Shown here: one piece after another, positions 11,913 through 26,007 of the stretch
How the letters are laid out: the number at the start of each line of letters is the position of its first letter
Position numbering within the stretch: the stretch's first letter is position 1
NCBI GenBank assembly: GCA_951406725.2
Contig: OX597825.1
Location: 33,480,001-33,544,000, forward strand
Direction: 5' to 3'
Source of the DNA: Octopus vulgaris
Taxonomy: Eukaryota
DNA length: 64,000 nt
Translations under genes and position numbers: made by a program
Notes under the pieces: model-generated
The model's input: only the letters and a program-made list of their open reading frames with translations
The model's database searches: none
Told to the model about the DNA's origin: nothing

Positions 11913-13282
11913 TTAGGCAAGTATCTTACTATAAATAGCTTTGGGTGGTATTTTCTTTGTTTTATTATCACGAAGTGAAACTAAAGTCATCTGGGAAATT
12001 ATCACAAGCAATCCGCATTAAATGTCAATGTAATCTATCTATAATCCGGGTGTCCGCATGATTTATTTTGAGCTGTCCAAGTAATTGTTTATGAAAGATG
12101 GGTGCATTATGAAATGAAAATGAATTATTTGTTCGAGTAATTTCTTAGTGAAATATGGAAGCAAAAAATATTTAATTGATGATGATGATGATAGTGGTAG
12201 TGGTGATATGTGTATGAAATTTAATATTTGTTTCACTATTCAATTCTTGCGCAACAAGAGATGCTGATATGGCCACACCCTTTTTGTTCCTTCTTTTAAT
12301 GTATATATTTGTATCTAGACAGAGCTAAAAGAACCAATATAACGTTTAGAAAAAAATATATTACTTCAGCATCTCAGCTTTACATTCAAATATTTCTTGT
12401 ATTTATTTTTCTATATTTCCATGTATTTTTTTTTCACTTTTGAGATTATGAATACTCACTATCTTGTCCTACCCTTCACTACTGTGAAATTTTTAGAGTA
12501 ACAGTGAAACTTTTGACTTCCAGTAAATATATTATATGTGCAAAGAAATAAAACATACTTGTGTGTGTCTGTGGTTGTCCCCCCACCATCACTTGACAAC
12601 CAATGCTGGTGTGTTTATGTCTCCGTAACTTAGCGGTTCAGCAAAAGAGACTGATAGAATAAGTACTAGGCTTACAAAGAATAAGTCCTGGGGCTGATAG
12701 CTGCAGTCAAATGATTGAATTAAGTAAAAGAATAAAAGAATCCTAGTTAAACGTGTGCTTGCATTGAAAACACCATATGATGATGTTGAAGCAAGGTCTA
12801 ATTGGAGTGACGAAACCCATTTCTGACTTAATAATTTGTGAATGGTGACACACACTCATACAGAGAGTTAAATGTTGATGCTCATGTAAGATTTGCTCTC
12901 GGTCATCTCTGATCAAGCAGATCTGTGATCTGACCATTGTGTACTGTTTTTTTTTCACTGATAATGCTTCTAATTTTGCATTATTTATTGTGTATTTCCT
13001 TTCTTTAGGGCTGTAGGTGTGGTTTGATGGAGGTTTGGATGCTATTTCTAGTAGGTACAGCAACTAAGAGGATGCCATTTAGGCTTGATTTTATTTAGTA
13101 TTTACCATCAACCAGCTTGCTCAAATAAGGCCAGTAACAATATATACAGCAATAATTGAAATGAGTATTCAGTAATTACATAGAATAAGACAATTTGAAG
13201 TGTCATGATGTTTATTGTGATAACCTCTTAATTACAACAGTGGCAACAAAAACAACAGTAACTACAACAACAACAACAATAA

Positions 13283-14335
13283 TCCTTTCTACTGTTGGTA
13301 CAGGGCCTGAAATTTTGGGGAAAGGAGCTAGTTGATTACATCGACCCCAGTGTGTAACTGGTACTTATTTCATTGATCCTGAAAGGATGAAAGGCAAAAG
13401 TCAGCCTCGGTGGAATTTGAATTTAGAACATAAAGACAGATGAAATTCTGTTAAACATTTTTCCTGGTGAGCTAACGATTCTACCAGCCCACGGCCTTAC
13501 TACTACTACTACTACTAATAATAATAATAATAATAATCCTTTCTGCTATAGGCACAAGGCCTGGATTTTTCTAGGGAGAGTAACGATCGACCACATCGAT
13601 TCTAGTACTTGACAGGTACTGAATTCATTGACCCCCGAAAAGATGAAAGGCAAAGTTGACCTTGGCGGAATTTGAACTCAGAACATACCAGCAGATGAAA
13701 TACCGCTAAGCATTTCGCCTAGCATGTCAAATCCTTTCTACTGTAGGCACAAGGCCTGAAATTTTGGATGATGGGTCAAGTAAATTACACTGACCCCATT
13801 GTTTAAGCAGTACTTATTTCATCAATCCCAAAGTCGATTTCAGTGAAATAGGAACTGACATCATAAAGACGGATTAAATGCCACTACACATTTTGCCTGG
13901 TGTGCTAATGATTCCACCAGCCCACTGCCTTAACAACAATAATAATGATAATGGTTTCAAATTTTGCCACAAGGGCAGCAGTTTTGGGCAAGTGGATGAG
14001 TTGATTACACTGACCCCAGTGTTCAACAGGTACTTATTTTATCAACCCCGAAAGGATGAAAGGCAAATTTAACCTTGATAGAATTTGAACTCAGAAATGT
14101 AGTGACCAGCATGCTACTGCTAATAATAATAATAGTAATAATAATAATTGCTTCTATTGTAAGCACAAGGCCTGAAATTTTGTTGGGAGAGGCTGGTCAA
14201 TTACATTGACGCTCATGCTCAATTGGTGCTTATTTTCTCAACCCTGAAATTTGAACTCAGAATATAAAGCCAGATGAAATGCTGCCTAGCAGTTTGATTG
14301 GCATGCTAATGATTCTGCCTGCTTGCCACATTATT
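13283..14335 (-). mobile_element. head-to-tail array of about 5 family-B SINEs, mostly separated by (AAT/AAC)n
   Basis: repeated ggcacaaggcctgaaattttg...gaaaggatgaaaggcaaagt...gaatttgaactcagaa blocks. Confidence 0.85.
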
Positions 14336-16859
14336 AATGTTTACAACTGTTAACACGACTTATGAAATACATTTGCTTATTAATATCAGGTAGCAGTGTT
14401 CAGCTTTATAGCTGTGTGTGTGATGGTGGTTGGATGGTTGGGTGGCTGGGCAGGGAGAACTGTTGCTATCTGGTCATTGGGCAGTTTAGTGGAAAAAACA
14501 TGTATGTATATTTATGTTTGAGTTAACAATGGATCCTCTATGTGGATGCACAACTTGCTAGAAATACCAGCCATAATCTCTTTCACATCACATTTGAGTG
14601 TCTGAGGTAAAGAAGGGGCTGTCTAAAAAAAATGCAGACATGATGGTCATACTGTTTTTCCAGTATACATGTCAAATTATTCAGAATCAAAAGTTCTAAG
14701 AAAGGTAGGTCAACTTAGACATTAAGATGACTTGGGAGAACCAAAAATTCCATGTGAGATGTAGCAGGATTTAGAAAGATAATAATGATGTTTGAATGTT
14801 TACACTGCATACTACATTGACTTGTGTGTTTGAAAATACAATGATTTTTATGTCTTGACTATCCTATCATAAGTTTACTCAGCCAGGTTTAACTTACGGC
14901 TAAGAAACATCATGACTCCTCGTTATTGGTTTAATGTCAATTAGTTAGAAATACTCTTGGCTTCCACATCGTGTATATTAGCATGCATAAAATTATGTTT
15001 TTTCTTACAGAAGACAATCATTGAAAGTTTTCCAAAGAAATTATTTGAAATTATCTAGTTAGTGAATAATTTGTATAAATATATATAAAATGAAAAAAAA
15101 GTATTAAAAAAATCCATATATTCACAGCCGTTCTGAAGACTTACTGGGCATGTGTTAGGCAATGCTTTGCAGTGGCAGTCTAATAAGATAGAAGCATGTC
15201 TGGAGTTGTCACCATCCTTACCAAAAAAATCTGAATCTTCTTTATTTTGGATCACATTCAATGGGCCTTACCCCAGTCCCTTTTTTTACTAAGATGATAT
15301 CCTTCTTGGATAATTTCTTCATAGTGTTGAAGCTTTTAGTCCCGTCAGCAATTTCAGCAAAACCTCTCTGTCTGCAAGCTGACTCTTCGTAGCTAGTTAG
15401 GGTTGTCCTTCAATATAATCTATGAAGCAGTATACAGGAATACAGACTGGTTTTCTTAAGATGTTATGGACCATGTGGTTCTTAGTACAAAATCTCTTGA
15501 AAATATTCAAACTTAAAAGAGTGAAGTATTTATCAAGATGGATATTAAGTATTTGATGTTCTGTACTTAGAAGCATGTATAAAGTAAAAGTAAAGTGGAA
15601 TCTGCAGCTGAATAACTGAGGAATTAAACCACAGATGTTTCAAATAAAGATAGGTTATTGATAACAGTAGATAGGTCATATCTCTTTGATGGTATAATTA
15701 GAGTAAAACGAGATGAGAAAGGAACCTATGTAGGTACATTACTTACTAGAAATGACAGTCAAATCTCTCTCAAACAACATTCTACTATCTTAAAGGAGAC
15801 ACTCAGAAAAACAAAGATGAGATGGTTATTGTTTGAATGCCTTTGATCATAGGTCTTCTCTGTCAAGTCTGACTCAGAGTGAAACAACTATTAGAACTAA
15901 GTAAACTATCAAAGGAATCCGTCTGCAATCATTTGTCCTGCTAAAAGTACCCACCCTCCAATCTCCCTCAAATCACACCCAACCATTATAAGTCACATTG
16001 AATGATATAAACCTAGATACCTTGTGTCTCATGTAAATATGCACTGGATAGTCATGCATGGAATATCATTGCTCATAGGTTTGCTTCATCAGTACCAGCC
16101 TAGGGTATAAAAAAACAGTAAATGGAGTTACAGACAAATTCAGTAAAGAATAGGATATAGATAGAAGTGGCAGAACTTTAAGCAAAGGTTACCTGTGTTT
16201 GTAATTGAGTTTTTCTTCCTATAGATGTCAAGTAAAAGATGTAAAGCTGTATAGTAGAGAAAGAGAGATGATAAACATGAATTATCTTCAAGAACTAAAG
16301 TGAAATGAGCAGAGTATGATCCAAGGATGTCCAATTTATGAGGGAAGTTTGCGATTTGAGAAAATGGCTGAATATCAAATGAACAGAAAAGGCTATATGT
16401 TGCATGAGTTTTGCAATAATCGCAATTTTTATGCAACTTAATCCCCATCTTTCCTGCTGCAGTGTTTGTCTTGAATGAGCTGTATTGGTGTTGTCATGTA
16501 GCATAGTATAAACATTGAAAATAATAATCCATAGAGAAAACAGAAAGATTAACCTTTTCATGACTATTTTTAATGAGTAAATTGTAAATTACTTTCAGTT
16601 AATTTTGCATAGAAACAGGATTTTGAAGGGGTTTAGTAGGAAAAAAAATGTTTAATTTATATTTTGATATATATATACTAAGATATTGTTGGCTAACTGA
16701 AATTCCATATTACTTATGTTCTGAAGTTTTGATCAAGATTTTATTTTCATGTGAACACTATTATTGAATAGGAGTTCTGTATATTGGTATTAAAATTTTG
16801 AAAGATTTAAGAGAAACTGTCTGGTTTGAAAATGCTCAGCCTCATAGCATAAAATAAGA

Positions 16860-17088
16860 TTAACTCTTTGGTTAGCATATTTCAGTTAAAATACACTGTT
16901 TTTGTTTCAGCTGCTTTGAAAATAATGGAGAATTAAGTTAAATAACTTAGCCATTATTTAGCTGGTGTTCGGGACACAAACTAATTAGAAGTTTTGATGA
17001 AAGGTTTTAATTTAGACAACTTAGAAACAAGGAATTTGTGTCAAAGAACTTTCGACAGTCTCAGGTGTGTTGATATCAAAAGGGTTAA
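16860..17088. mobile_element. TTAA-flanked piggyBac-like MITE
   Basis: TTAA-CTCTTTG ... CAAAAGGG-TTAA termini. Confidence 0.55.
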
Positions 17089-17171
17089 TGTACACAGAGA
17101 AGATTTAATCTTATTAATAGGAAAATCTCTTTATTAAACGAATGATCTACAAGAGTAGTTTTTGTGTAGCT

Positions 17172-17670
17172 TCAACGGAATAGCTTGCTCATGAAATTAA
17201 CATGCAGTGGTTGAGCACTCCACAGACACGTGTACCCTTAACGTAGTTCTCAGGGAGATTCAGCATGACACAAAATGTGACAAGGCTGGCCCTTTGAAAT
17301 ACAGGTACTAATTATTTTTGCCAGCTGAGTGGACTGGAGCAACATGAAATAAAGTGTCTTGCTCAAGAACACAATGTGTTGCCTGGAATTGAACTCATGA
17401 CCTTACGATTGTGAGCCGAATGCCCTAACCACTAAGCTACGTGTGGCTTTGTGGTTAGGGCAAGACACTTTATTTCATGTTGCTCCAGTCCATTCAGCTG
17501 GCAAAAATGAGTAGTATATGTATTTCAAAGGGCCAGGCTTGTCACACTGAATCTTCCTGAGAACTACGTTAAGGGTACATGTGTCTGTGGAGTGCTCAGC
17601 CACTTGCATGTTAATTTCACAAGCAAGCTGTTCCATTGATCGTATTAGCTGGGACTCTCATCGTTGTAAG
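17172..17670. mobile_element. head-to-head fold-back pair of a tRNA-derived SINE
   Basis: - copy 17172-17440 with A- and B-box-like head; + copy 17443-17670; 14-bp direct repeats at 17162-17175 and 17696-17709. Confidence 0.85.
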
Positions 17671-18289
17671 AGTTGCTAAGGTAAGGGGGTAGGAGTTGTG
17701 TAGCTTCAAATTGGCTTTAATCAAACAAAGCTATGAGGAAAGGTATTCCAGCTATGGAATACTCCCTCTGCCATTTTTCAGACCCCTTTTTTTATGTTTT
17801 TTTTTTACTACATCTAGGACTACTCTATCCAATGTAGCTTGTTTTTAAGACCATTTGATGTGATTTTGAAGAAAATTTGTTTGCTTTATCTACTAGATTG
17901 AACAACTATTTAAAGATTTTCTGGTCTTTTCAAGAGTAATTAGCAAGCTTAAATAAAGCCCATTTATTGCTTAGATATTTTGCTGCATTTATTGCTGCAA
18001 AATAATGGTTTCAAATTTTGACACAGGCTGGAAGGCAAGTCAACCTTGGTGGCTCAGAATATAAAACCAGAAGAAATGCTGTTAAGCATTTTGTCCAACA
18101 TACTAATGGTCCTCCCAGCTTGTTGCCTAAGAGTAGAAGGTAATGCAAAGTAATAATGTATGTTGGATAAAAAAAAGTAGTATCTGTAATAAAGGCAGAT
18201 GAAAGACATATTGAAAATTTACTTCACATTTGAAATGATACAGAACTGAGTTACAGATATACTGTAGTACAGAGCTATCTAACCCATTT

Positions 18290-18740
18290 CAATATTGAGA
18301 AACAAATGATAGTGGTGATGGTGGTGGCAACATAGAGGCTAGGTTTCAAATTGGATGGAAGTAGCTTAGAAAATTGCATCTGCTAAGTAATCATAAATAA
18401 GAAGTGTGGTATCATATGAGCAGTTGATGTTAAGGATCGACAGCATCTGAAGTATAATATTGCGCTGTTGATATGCAGTATTAACCAAAACAAGTCAAGT
18501 GCAAACAGATTGATGCAGCAGATGAATTGTAGTCTGTGCAGAAGAAATGCCTATGCTGTTATGAATGTAATGCAAATGGATGATATATATTCTGAATGAA
18601 GAAATGTCATGCTGTATTCCAAAAGACTGAAAGATGCTCGGACATAATGAAGTACAGACTTGTCCAAATGCTAGCATAAAAATACTGACATTCAAATAAT
18701 AAGGATGGTTATGGTTATAATGATGATGATGATGATGATA
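18290..18740 (+). mobile_element. very old RTE LINE 3' remnant
   Basis: IEARFQIGWK*LRKL-like segment and terminal (GAT)n tail. Confidence 0.4.
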
Positions 18741-20589
18741 TACATTTCTGATGTTAGCAGTCATAATCTATAAATATATTTGATTTTATTGAAATATTTC
18801 TTAGGCTATAATTTCATTAAGCTCATTGTTATAAAGTCCATTATCTAAATACTTTTATTTTCTTTTGCCAAGTTGACTTTGAAAATAAATATCTCTTTAG
18901 CTTTGTGCAGTTTCTCAGTGCTTCTGACTAAAAAAAAAAAAAATGGTTCTGACCCTTTTTTATAAGTTTCCGATATTGTGCCAGTCTTTCTTTGAAATTC
19001 ATCCAAATACTTTCTATTTAAAGAGAAACATTTCTATGCATCAGCATCAAGATACCGAGGCATAAATCAAACCATTTATTAGTTAGTTGCATGTTATGCC
19101 ATCCATATCAGTGAACATTGATCTATCTGGCAAATATTAGCTTCAACATTTCCTGAATTCTTTGTATAGCCTTATTGATACTAACAGCTTTGCTATCTCT
19201 GGCTGTCTATTTTGTGGTAACACGATTTAAACCATTTTGTATGCCATTCTTTTCACTGCTCTCTTTCTTAGTTGGAGTAATTGGTGAACTGTGATGGAAT
19301 ATTCTTTTAATGAACAAATAATGCTGGACATGGGTCAGAGTTTTTGCGGATGTCTTTCGTGGGGTTAAGATCGTGTCGGAAGGTCTTCATTCAAAAGTTG
19401 AATCCATCTACAATCCACTATTGTAAATTGATAAGATATTGGAAAACAGCTGGATTTAGAGGAAAGGAATGCATAGTGTGTGGGTGAAATCCAGAATTAA
19501 TTTTTCTAAGATATTTTGAGAAAATACATTGGAAGGAGATAACAATGCAGGATGTTAGATTTGTGGAATTTTGTTTTGGCGTGGCTGTGTAGTAGAGAAG
19601 CTTGCTCTCAATAACATGGTTATGGGTTCAATCTCACTGTGTGGCATGTTGGGTAAATGTCTTCTACTATAGTCTTGTAAGTTGATTTGGTATATGGAAA
19701 AAGAAGCCTGTTGTGTATATATGTGTGAGAGAGAGAGAGTTACTTGGTGTCTTCTTATCTTGACGTCACATGATAATTGCAAACGAATGCCCATTGTTTC
19801 CAGTCTTCTGAAAAAACCCCAAAAAACTGACCATTTGAATATGAAATGTGCTGTTTAGTATTTTTGGAGAGTTATCTGGTTTTATCTAAAGGTACATATA
19901 TTGTACTGTCTACTGAGATAGAATAGATAAGGCTATCTTGTTTATTTATTGATATGGGTACAGGCATACATTATCTGTCTGTCTATCTATCATTATTGTT
20001 TTAACGTATGCTTTTCCATGCTTGTTTGGGTTAGACAGAGTTGAGGCTGATTTTCCATGACTAAATGTCCTTTGGGTCGCTAGCCCTTACCTATTCTGAA
20101 GCAAGGTAATATTTTCCCATGACCAGACATGGTTTTGCAGAATATTGGAAATGAATAACACTCATTTACAACTGCCATGCTATGTGAGAGGTACAAAGGT
20201 ACCCACAAACATACTCACACACATTACAGCTTTATCTATGTAAAGTTACAAATATGTCAGTCTGAGTTGCAAGTCCTGCAGTGTGTGGAATCTCAACTCA
20301 GTTACGAAATTTAGATCAAAGTTAGGCAAATAATTTTTGTATATCAGATTGTTGGGGTTGTGTTCACTAATACACCATGACCTTTGACATACAGACATGC
20401 TGACTCTTCACTCTTACCATTTCCTCCACTACACCTTAACTGAGTGGTTTTAAGATCTCAGTTTTGTTGTGGTGGGTGGGTCTTCACGAGTACAGTAGTG
20501 CACCCACAAAATTCCAACTGTGACAAATTCCTATTTTGGTCTGTATACTTTCAACAAAATGTGTTTTGCTGAATTGCCTTTATCTTTTA

Positions 20590-20786
20590 TTGTTTACTTC
20601 TTTTAGCTATTGCACTGCAGCCATGCTGGAGCACTGTCTTGAAGGGTTTTGTCAAACAAATTGACTCCAGTACTTATTTTTTAAGGCTGGTACTTGCTCT
20701 GTTGGCCACTTTAGCCAAAATTGCCATGTTACGGGGATGTAAACAAACCACTACCAGTCATGAAGTGGTAGAGGGTACAAACACCA

Positions 20787-20844
<58 letters not shown>

Positions 20845-20990
20845 TGACTGGTATCCACACCATTTCTGTCTACCAAATTCACTCACAAGGCATTAGTAGA
20901 AGACACTTACCCTAGATGCCACTCAGTGAAACTGAACCCAAAACCACATGGTTGCAAAGCAAGCTCCTTAACCACACAGCCATTCCTGAT
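20590..20990 (-). mobile_element. family-A SINE with internal (CA)n
   Basis: gccatgctggagcac...ctaccaaattcactcacaagg...aaccacacagcca. Confidence 0.8.
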
Positions 20991-21142
20991 ACACACACAC
21001 ACACACACACGCATTATATGAAAGACGTTTTTAATTTGCTCTAATGTTTATTTGGGTCAGGAGCTCATTTTCCAGAGAGTGCATTATCAGGAACCAGGCT
21101 GTAATATTCTAACTGTTCTAAATTTGTTAGTCACATGTTCCC

Positions 21143-21182
<40 letters not shown>

Positions 21183-21656
21183 TTAAAAACATATGGTGTT
21201 ACTTAAAAAAACAAAGGCATTGATATTTTATAATGATTCTTTGACATATTGAGAATACAGTATTGCTTTCAGTAGCAATAACTAAAGTTAGCCGTCCCTC
21301 ATATTGGCATAGCATACTTCTCGTTGTTCAAATTCCAATTGTAAACATATGTATATATTTACAGACACAAACTGAAGCATTTCATATGCATTGTGTATGG
21401 TAACAGGAGATAGAAGATTGTAAATTAAGTTTGATAAGGTTTCCTATATAAGAGAAATGGATGCATCATTGATTTGTCTTTCTCTTTTGAAAATGAACAC
21501 GACTGTTGTGAATCATTCAGTTTCTTTGTTTTGTATTGAAACCTTGTTATTGAGTTAGCTGAAAAACCAAGCTGAAATCAACATTACCTTCATCTTTGTT
21601 ATTTAGTTCTACTACCACAATATTATTATTATTATTATTATTATTATTTATTATTA

Positions 21657-21906
21657 TTGAAGGCAGTGAGCTGGCAGAATTGTTAGCACACAGTGTGAAA
21701 TGCTTACTCTTTTACTTGTTTCAGTCATTTGACTGTGGCCATGCTGGAGCACCGCCTTTAGTCAAACAAATCGACCCCAGGACTTATTCTTTGTAAGCTT
21801 TAGTACTTATTCTATCGGTCTCTTCTACTGAACTTTAGTTACGGGGATGTAAACATACCAGCATCGGTTGTCAAGCGATGTTGGGAGGACAAACACACAC
21901 ACACAA

Positions 21907-21950
<44 letters not shown>

Positions 21951-22855
21951 CTGAATTGTTAGCATGCTGAACAAAATGCTTAGTGGTATTTCACCCGTTG
22001 TTATATTCTGAGTTCCAGTTCCGCCGAGGTCGACTTCACCTTTCATCCTTTCAGGGTCGATAAATTAAGTACCAGTGAAATACTGGGGTCGATGTAATCG
22101 ACTTATCCCCTCACCTAAAATGGCTTCCCTTGTGGCAAAATTTGAAACCATTGTTATTATTAAGGCAATGAACTGGCAGAATTATTAGCATGCTGGACAA
22201 ATGCTCAGTGGTATTTCACCTGCCACAACATTCTCAGTTCAAGTTCTGCTGAGGAGTTAAAATTCTGCTGAGGTCGACTTTGCCTTTCATCCTTTCAGAG
22301 TTGATAAATTAAGTACCAGTTAAGTACTGGAGTCGATGGAATCAACTAGTCCTCTCCCTTAAAATTTCAGGCTTTGTGCCTATATCAGAAAGAATTATTA
22401 TTATTTATTAAGCTGCAGATTAGCAGAATCATTTGAGTGTTGAATAAAAAACCTTGTAACATTTGTTCTGGCTTTCTACATTTTGAATTCAAATCCTGCT
22501 AAGGGTTGACACCTTTCGTCCTTTTGAAGGTCAATAAAATAAAGCACCAGTTAAGTACTGGGGGCTGATATAAACGACTGACCCCCCTCCTCAAAACTGC
22601 TAGCCTTTTGCTTAAATTAGAAAAAGTTATTATTTAGGGTGGTGGATTGGCAGAATTGTTAAAGTATCAGAAAAAAATACCTGGTGGTATTTGTTCCAGT
22701 CTGCTTATTATATTTACAGTTCAAACCCTACTGGGGTTAGTTTTACTGTTTATCCCTCTGGGGTTGATAAATATCAGTCAATTTCTGAGATTAATTTAAC
22801 TGACTACCACCTGCTTCCCACCAAATTTCTGACTTTGTAACTATGTTAGAAATAA
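21657..22855 (+). mobile_element. head-to-tail array of about 4 family-B SINEs; the first is interrupted by a minus-strand family-A SINE (21705-21950)
   Basis: repeated ggcagaat...gaggtcgacttt(g)cctttcatcctttc...gataaattaagtaccag blocks separated by (TTA)n. Confidence 0.85.
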
Positions 22856-23282
22856 TTATTACTGTTATATATATAAATTTTCCACGATGGCATGAATTTT
22901 ATGGGTCTGCATTAGCAATGTCTCACCAATATTATTTGTACTGTGTTTTCACATCTGTGGAGTCAAGCTTCCTCAGATATAACTTCACTATTTTTTTCAT
23001 TATCTTCACCAGTCTTATACACTACAGTTATCTTTTACAGACATCATATAGACACAGTTTTATCTGACAGGTGTTTTCTGTATATTTTACATGACCATAC
23101 TAGTACGACTACCTCTCCTGTGTATGCAGACAAGCCAATGAGGAAGTGGGAAGAGCTCTTTGTGGTTACTTGATCTGTTAGAAAAATCCAGAAATGACAC
23201 TACTTTTTTAGACAAAGAACATCTTGAATAAGGTAGTCTTAATTGGATGGTTACAACTGGAATGCTTTTCTTTTTCAAAACT

Positions 23283-23665
23283 CGTTTCAGTCATTTGACT
23301 GTGTGGCCATGCTAGAGTACTGCCTTGAAGTGTTTTTGTCAATTAATTCGACCCCACGACTTATTTTTAAGCCCAGTACTTATTCTATCGACCTCTTTGC
23401 CAAACTGCTAAGTTATGGGGACACAAATACATCAACACTGGTTATCAAGCAAAGATAGAGAGACAAATAGACACACATACACTCACACATAGATATATAC
23501 TTATATATGACGGGATTCTTTCAGTTTCTGTCTGCCAAATCCACTCGCAGGGCTTTGGTCAGGCTGAGACTATAATAGAAGGCACTTGCTCAAGGTGTCA
23601 TGCAATGGGACTGAACCCAGAATCATGTGGTTGGGAAGCAAGCTACTTACCACACAGCCATACCT
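23283..23665 (-). mobile_element. family-A SINE, near full length
   Basis: gtttcagtcatttgactg...gcaagctacttaccacacagcca. Confidence 0.85.
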
Positions 23666-24686
23666 ATACTGTTCAATCAGGTCTGACCTGAAGCTAAACA
23701 AACCACTGGCAAATGGTTATAATTCTTGACTATTTTCTTCAGTGTTTCCTGTAGGTTAATGTTATTACAGGCAACAAATGCTCCATTTTTATTCTGCATA
23801 CTCTATTCTTGTCTCTATCATACAGCACTACACTTCTTACATATGCATTATACAACTTGCCCATTGCATGGAAGTAACAGTTTTTTTTAAACCTTTGGCA
23901 GAATCATTTGAGTGTTGAATAAAAAGCCTTGTAACATTTGTTCTGGCTTTCTACATTCTGAATTGAAATCCTGCTAAGGGTCGACACCTTTTGTCCTTTT
24001 GAGGGTCAATAAAATAAAGTATATTTTTATATATGAAAGAGTTTGTAATTCTATCTTAACCTTAGCTACTGTACATTCATAGCAACTTACTCCGACATTA
24101 ACTGTTGTTGTTTAACCCCAGGTCTTACTGGATTGAGCAGGCAAGTGATCAAAGAACATTTCCTGTTGTGATCATTCTATGTCTTTGTATATCTAGAACT
24201 TACACATTGTATTTATAGCCCTCCCTTTGATGAAAATATGTGAGGTGATTAAAAGGTGATTTTGTTGCTATTTCTATCAGGTTGAGCAATTGCATAGACA
24301 TCCTCTCATCTGGTCCAATTCTAATGATATATCCTAAGGTAGCAAAAATTCTCTTCGTCCTTGTGTTTTCTTTTTTAAACATTTTGGTAGCAGATATCAC
24401 TGCAATTTTGTGTACTCATTGCTTTAATAGTCCTCATTGAGTTATCTACATCCAATGCACTGATAACCAATATCAAGATAACAATATGATTTTGTATTTT
24501 TTGCAACTCACTGGAAATTTGGTTGATATTTGACCTCTGTATCATGCCTCCATATTTGAAACTTTTTCTGCAACTCCTCACTGAGTTCAATGATCATCAA
24601 CAGCTACCTTATGAAAAATAGAAATTTTGATCTTTTTCATTTTCATCATCATTTCATTCTAATGTCAAGACAAAGACACACACACA

Positions 24687-24743
<57 letters not shown>

Positions 24744-25283
24744 TACATACGTATATTTATAATGATAGAGGACGGACATGACTATGTTAACTTCTGGAGA
24801 TTAAAACTGGAATTTATTTAACCCTTTCATAAACCCAATGAAAGCACGAAATATATAAATACTGGAAGTAATCATCCCAAATCAGTAACAAACTCACTAA
24901 TAAAGAACATTTCACCTAGACTAAATTATCAGCCAATGAGAATATTTTCAAACTTAATGAAGACTACTAATACTTGGCACGATAAAATTAGTCAAATAGC
25001 GAATCAGATTTAAATAGTAGTTTTAATATTGCAGACCTAAAATCTAGTACAAGAAACAAATCTACTTATAACAAATGTAGTAATGGAGATTTAAAATCAA
25101 ATGTTCAAGTTGATAAAATAACAAGAGTAGGTGATTTTTAATTGTGAAAATAAGCAAATGAACAATCATGTTTACAGCAAAAGGAAAAGTTATAAGATTG
25201 TTGATAACCAGGTGAAAAATTCTCATGCTGCTAATGGAAATGAGGATGTAGTATTAAGATCTGTAATAAAATCGCAAACTCTT

Positions 25284-25381
25284 TTAATATAAAAGATTTA
25301 AAGACAAAAATAATAGTAAAATAAACACTAACTTAATATAAAAGATTTAAAGACAAAAATAATAGTAAAATAAACACTAAC
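25284..25381 (+). repeat. perfect 49-bp tandem duplication
   Basis: ttaatataaaagatttaaagacaaaaataatagtaaaataaacactaac x2. Confidence 0.95.
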
Positions 25382-26007
25382 TTTAAAATGGATCGAAATC
25401 AGAGAATACTTACTCCTTTGAAAAACAAAACAGGTATAAACATCAAAATTATGATCTTAACTTGAAAGATACTTTATGGTTAATTGTTCCATTTGGGAAA
25501 CAGGTCAATTACAATTTTTCCAAATTGTTTAATATAGCAATTCAAAGATATTTTCCAAGAAACCACAAATATTACAAAATTTTTAATCGACATAAGATTA
25601 GATTGGGTTATTGCCTTAGCTGTAATATTGCACAAATTTTAGCAGCACATAATGTTAAAATAATATCGAAATTTCAAAAAAGCGATTGCAATCAGAATTG
25701 TGTAATAAATTCAAAGCATAATAACATTAAATGGAATCAAGAAACTCAAATAGTAGGGAATGCTAAGAATGTAAATGTCGTGGAAAAGGAAGCAATGCAA
25801 TTTAGCATAAATAATGTCAAATCAAATAAAAATTCAGCTAGGTTAACCTAGGGTGAGAGTGCAGATACTTGCCCAAGGGTGCAACAAAGTGCAACTGAAA
25901 CTGAAACCATGTCGTTGGAAAGTAAACTTCTGTAGATAACAAAGATAACGTTATCTAAAGGAGTAAATAGTAATAAGGAATTTAGTGGAAATGAATTTAA
26001 TTCTGCA

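Noticed and set aside
15146-15420. Minus-strand exon-like segment ending at gtaagt
   Set aside because: All three frames contain stops from the candidate acceptor; no family recognised.
16193-16246. Possible 54-nt minus-strand exon with a good acceptor and a gtaacc donor
   Set aside because: No recognisable protein similarity; such sites occur by chance in 64 kb.
16399-16437. 39-nt imperfect hairpin as a miRNA precursor
   Set aside because: Too short and AT-rich; more likely fused transposon ends or chance.
17360-17440. tRNA genes (also at 30560-30635 and 60400-60475)
   Set aside because: These are tRNA-derived SINE heads continuous with SINE bodies; no complete cloverleaf.
19290-19480. 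Possible Tc1-like transposase N-terminus
   Set aside because: Only a vague resemblance; no TIRs or catalytic motifs found.
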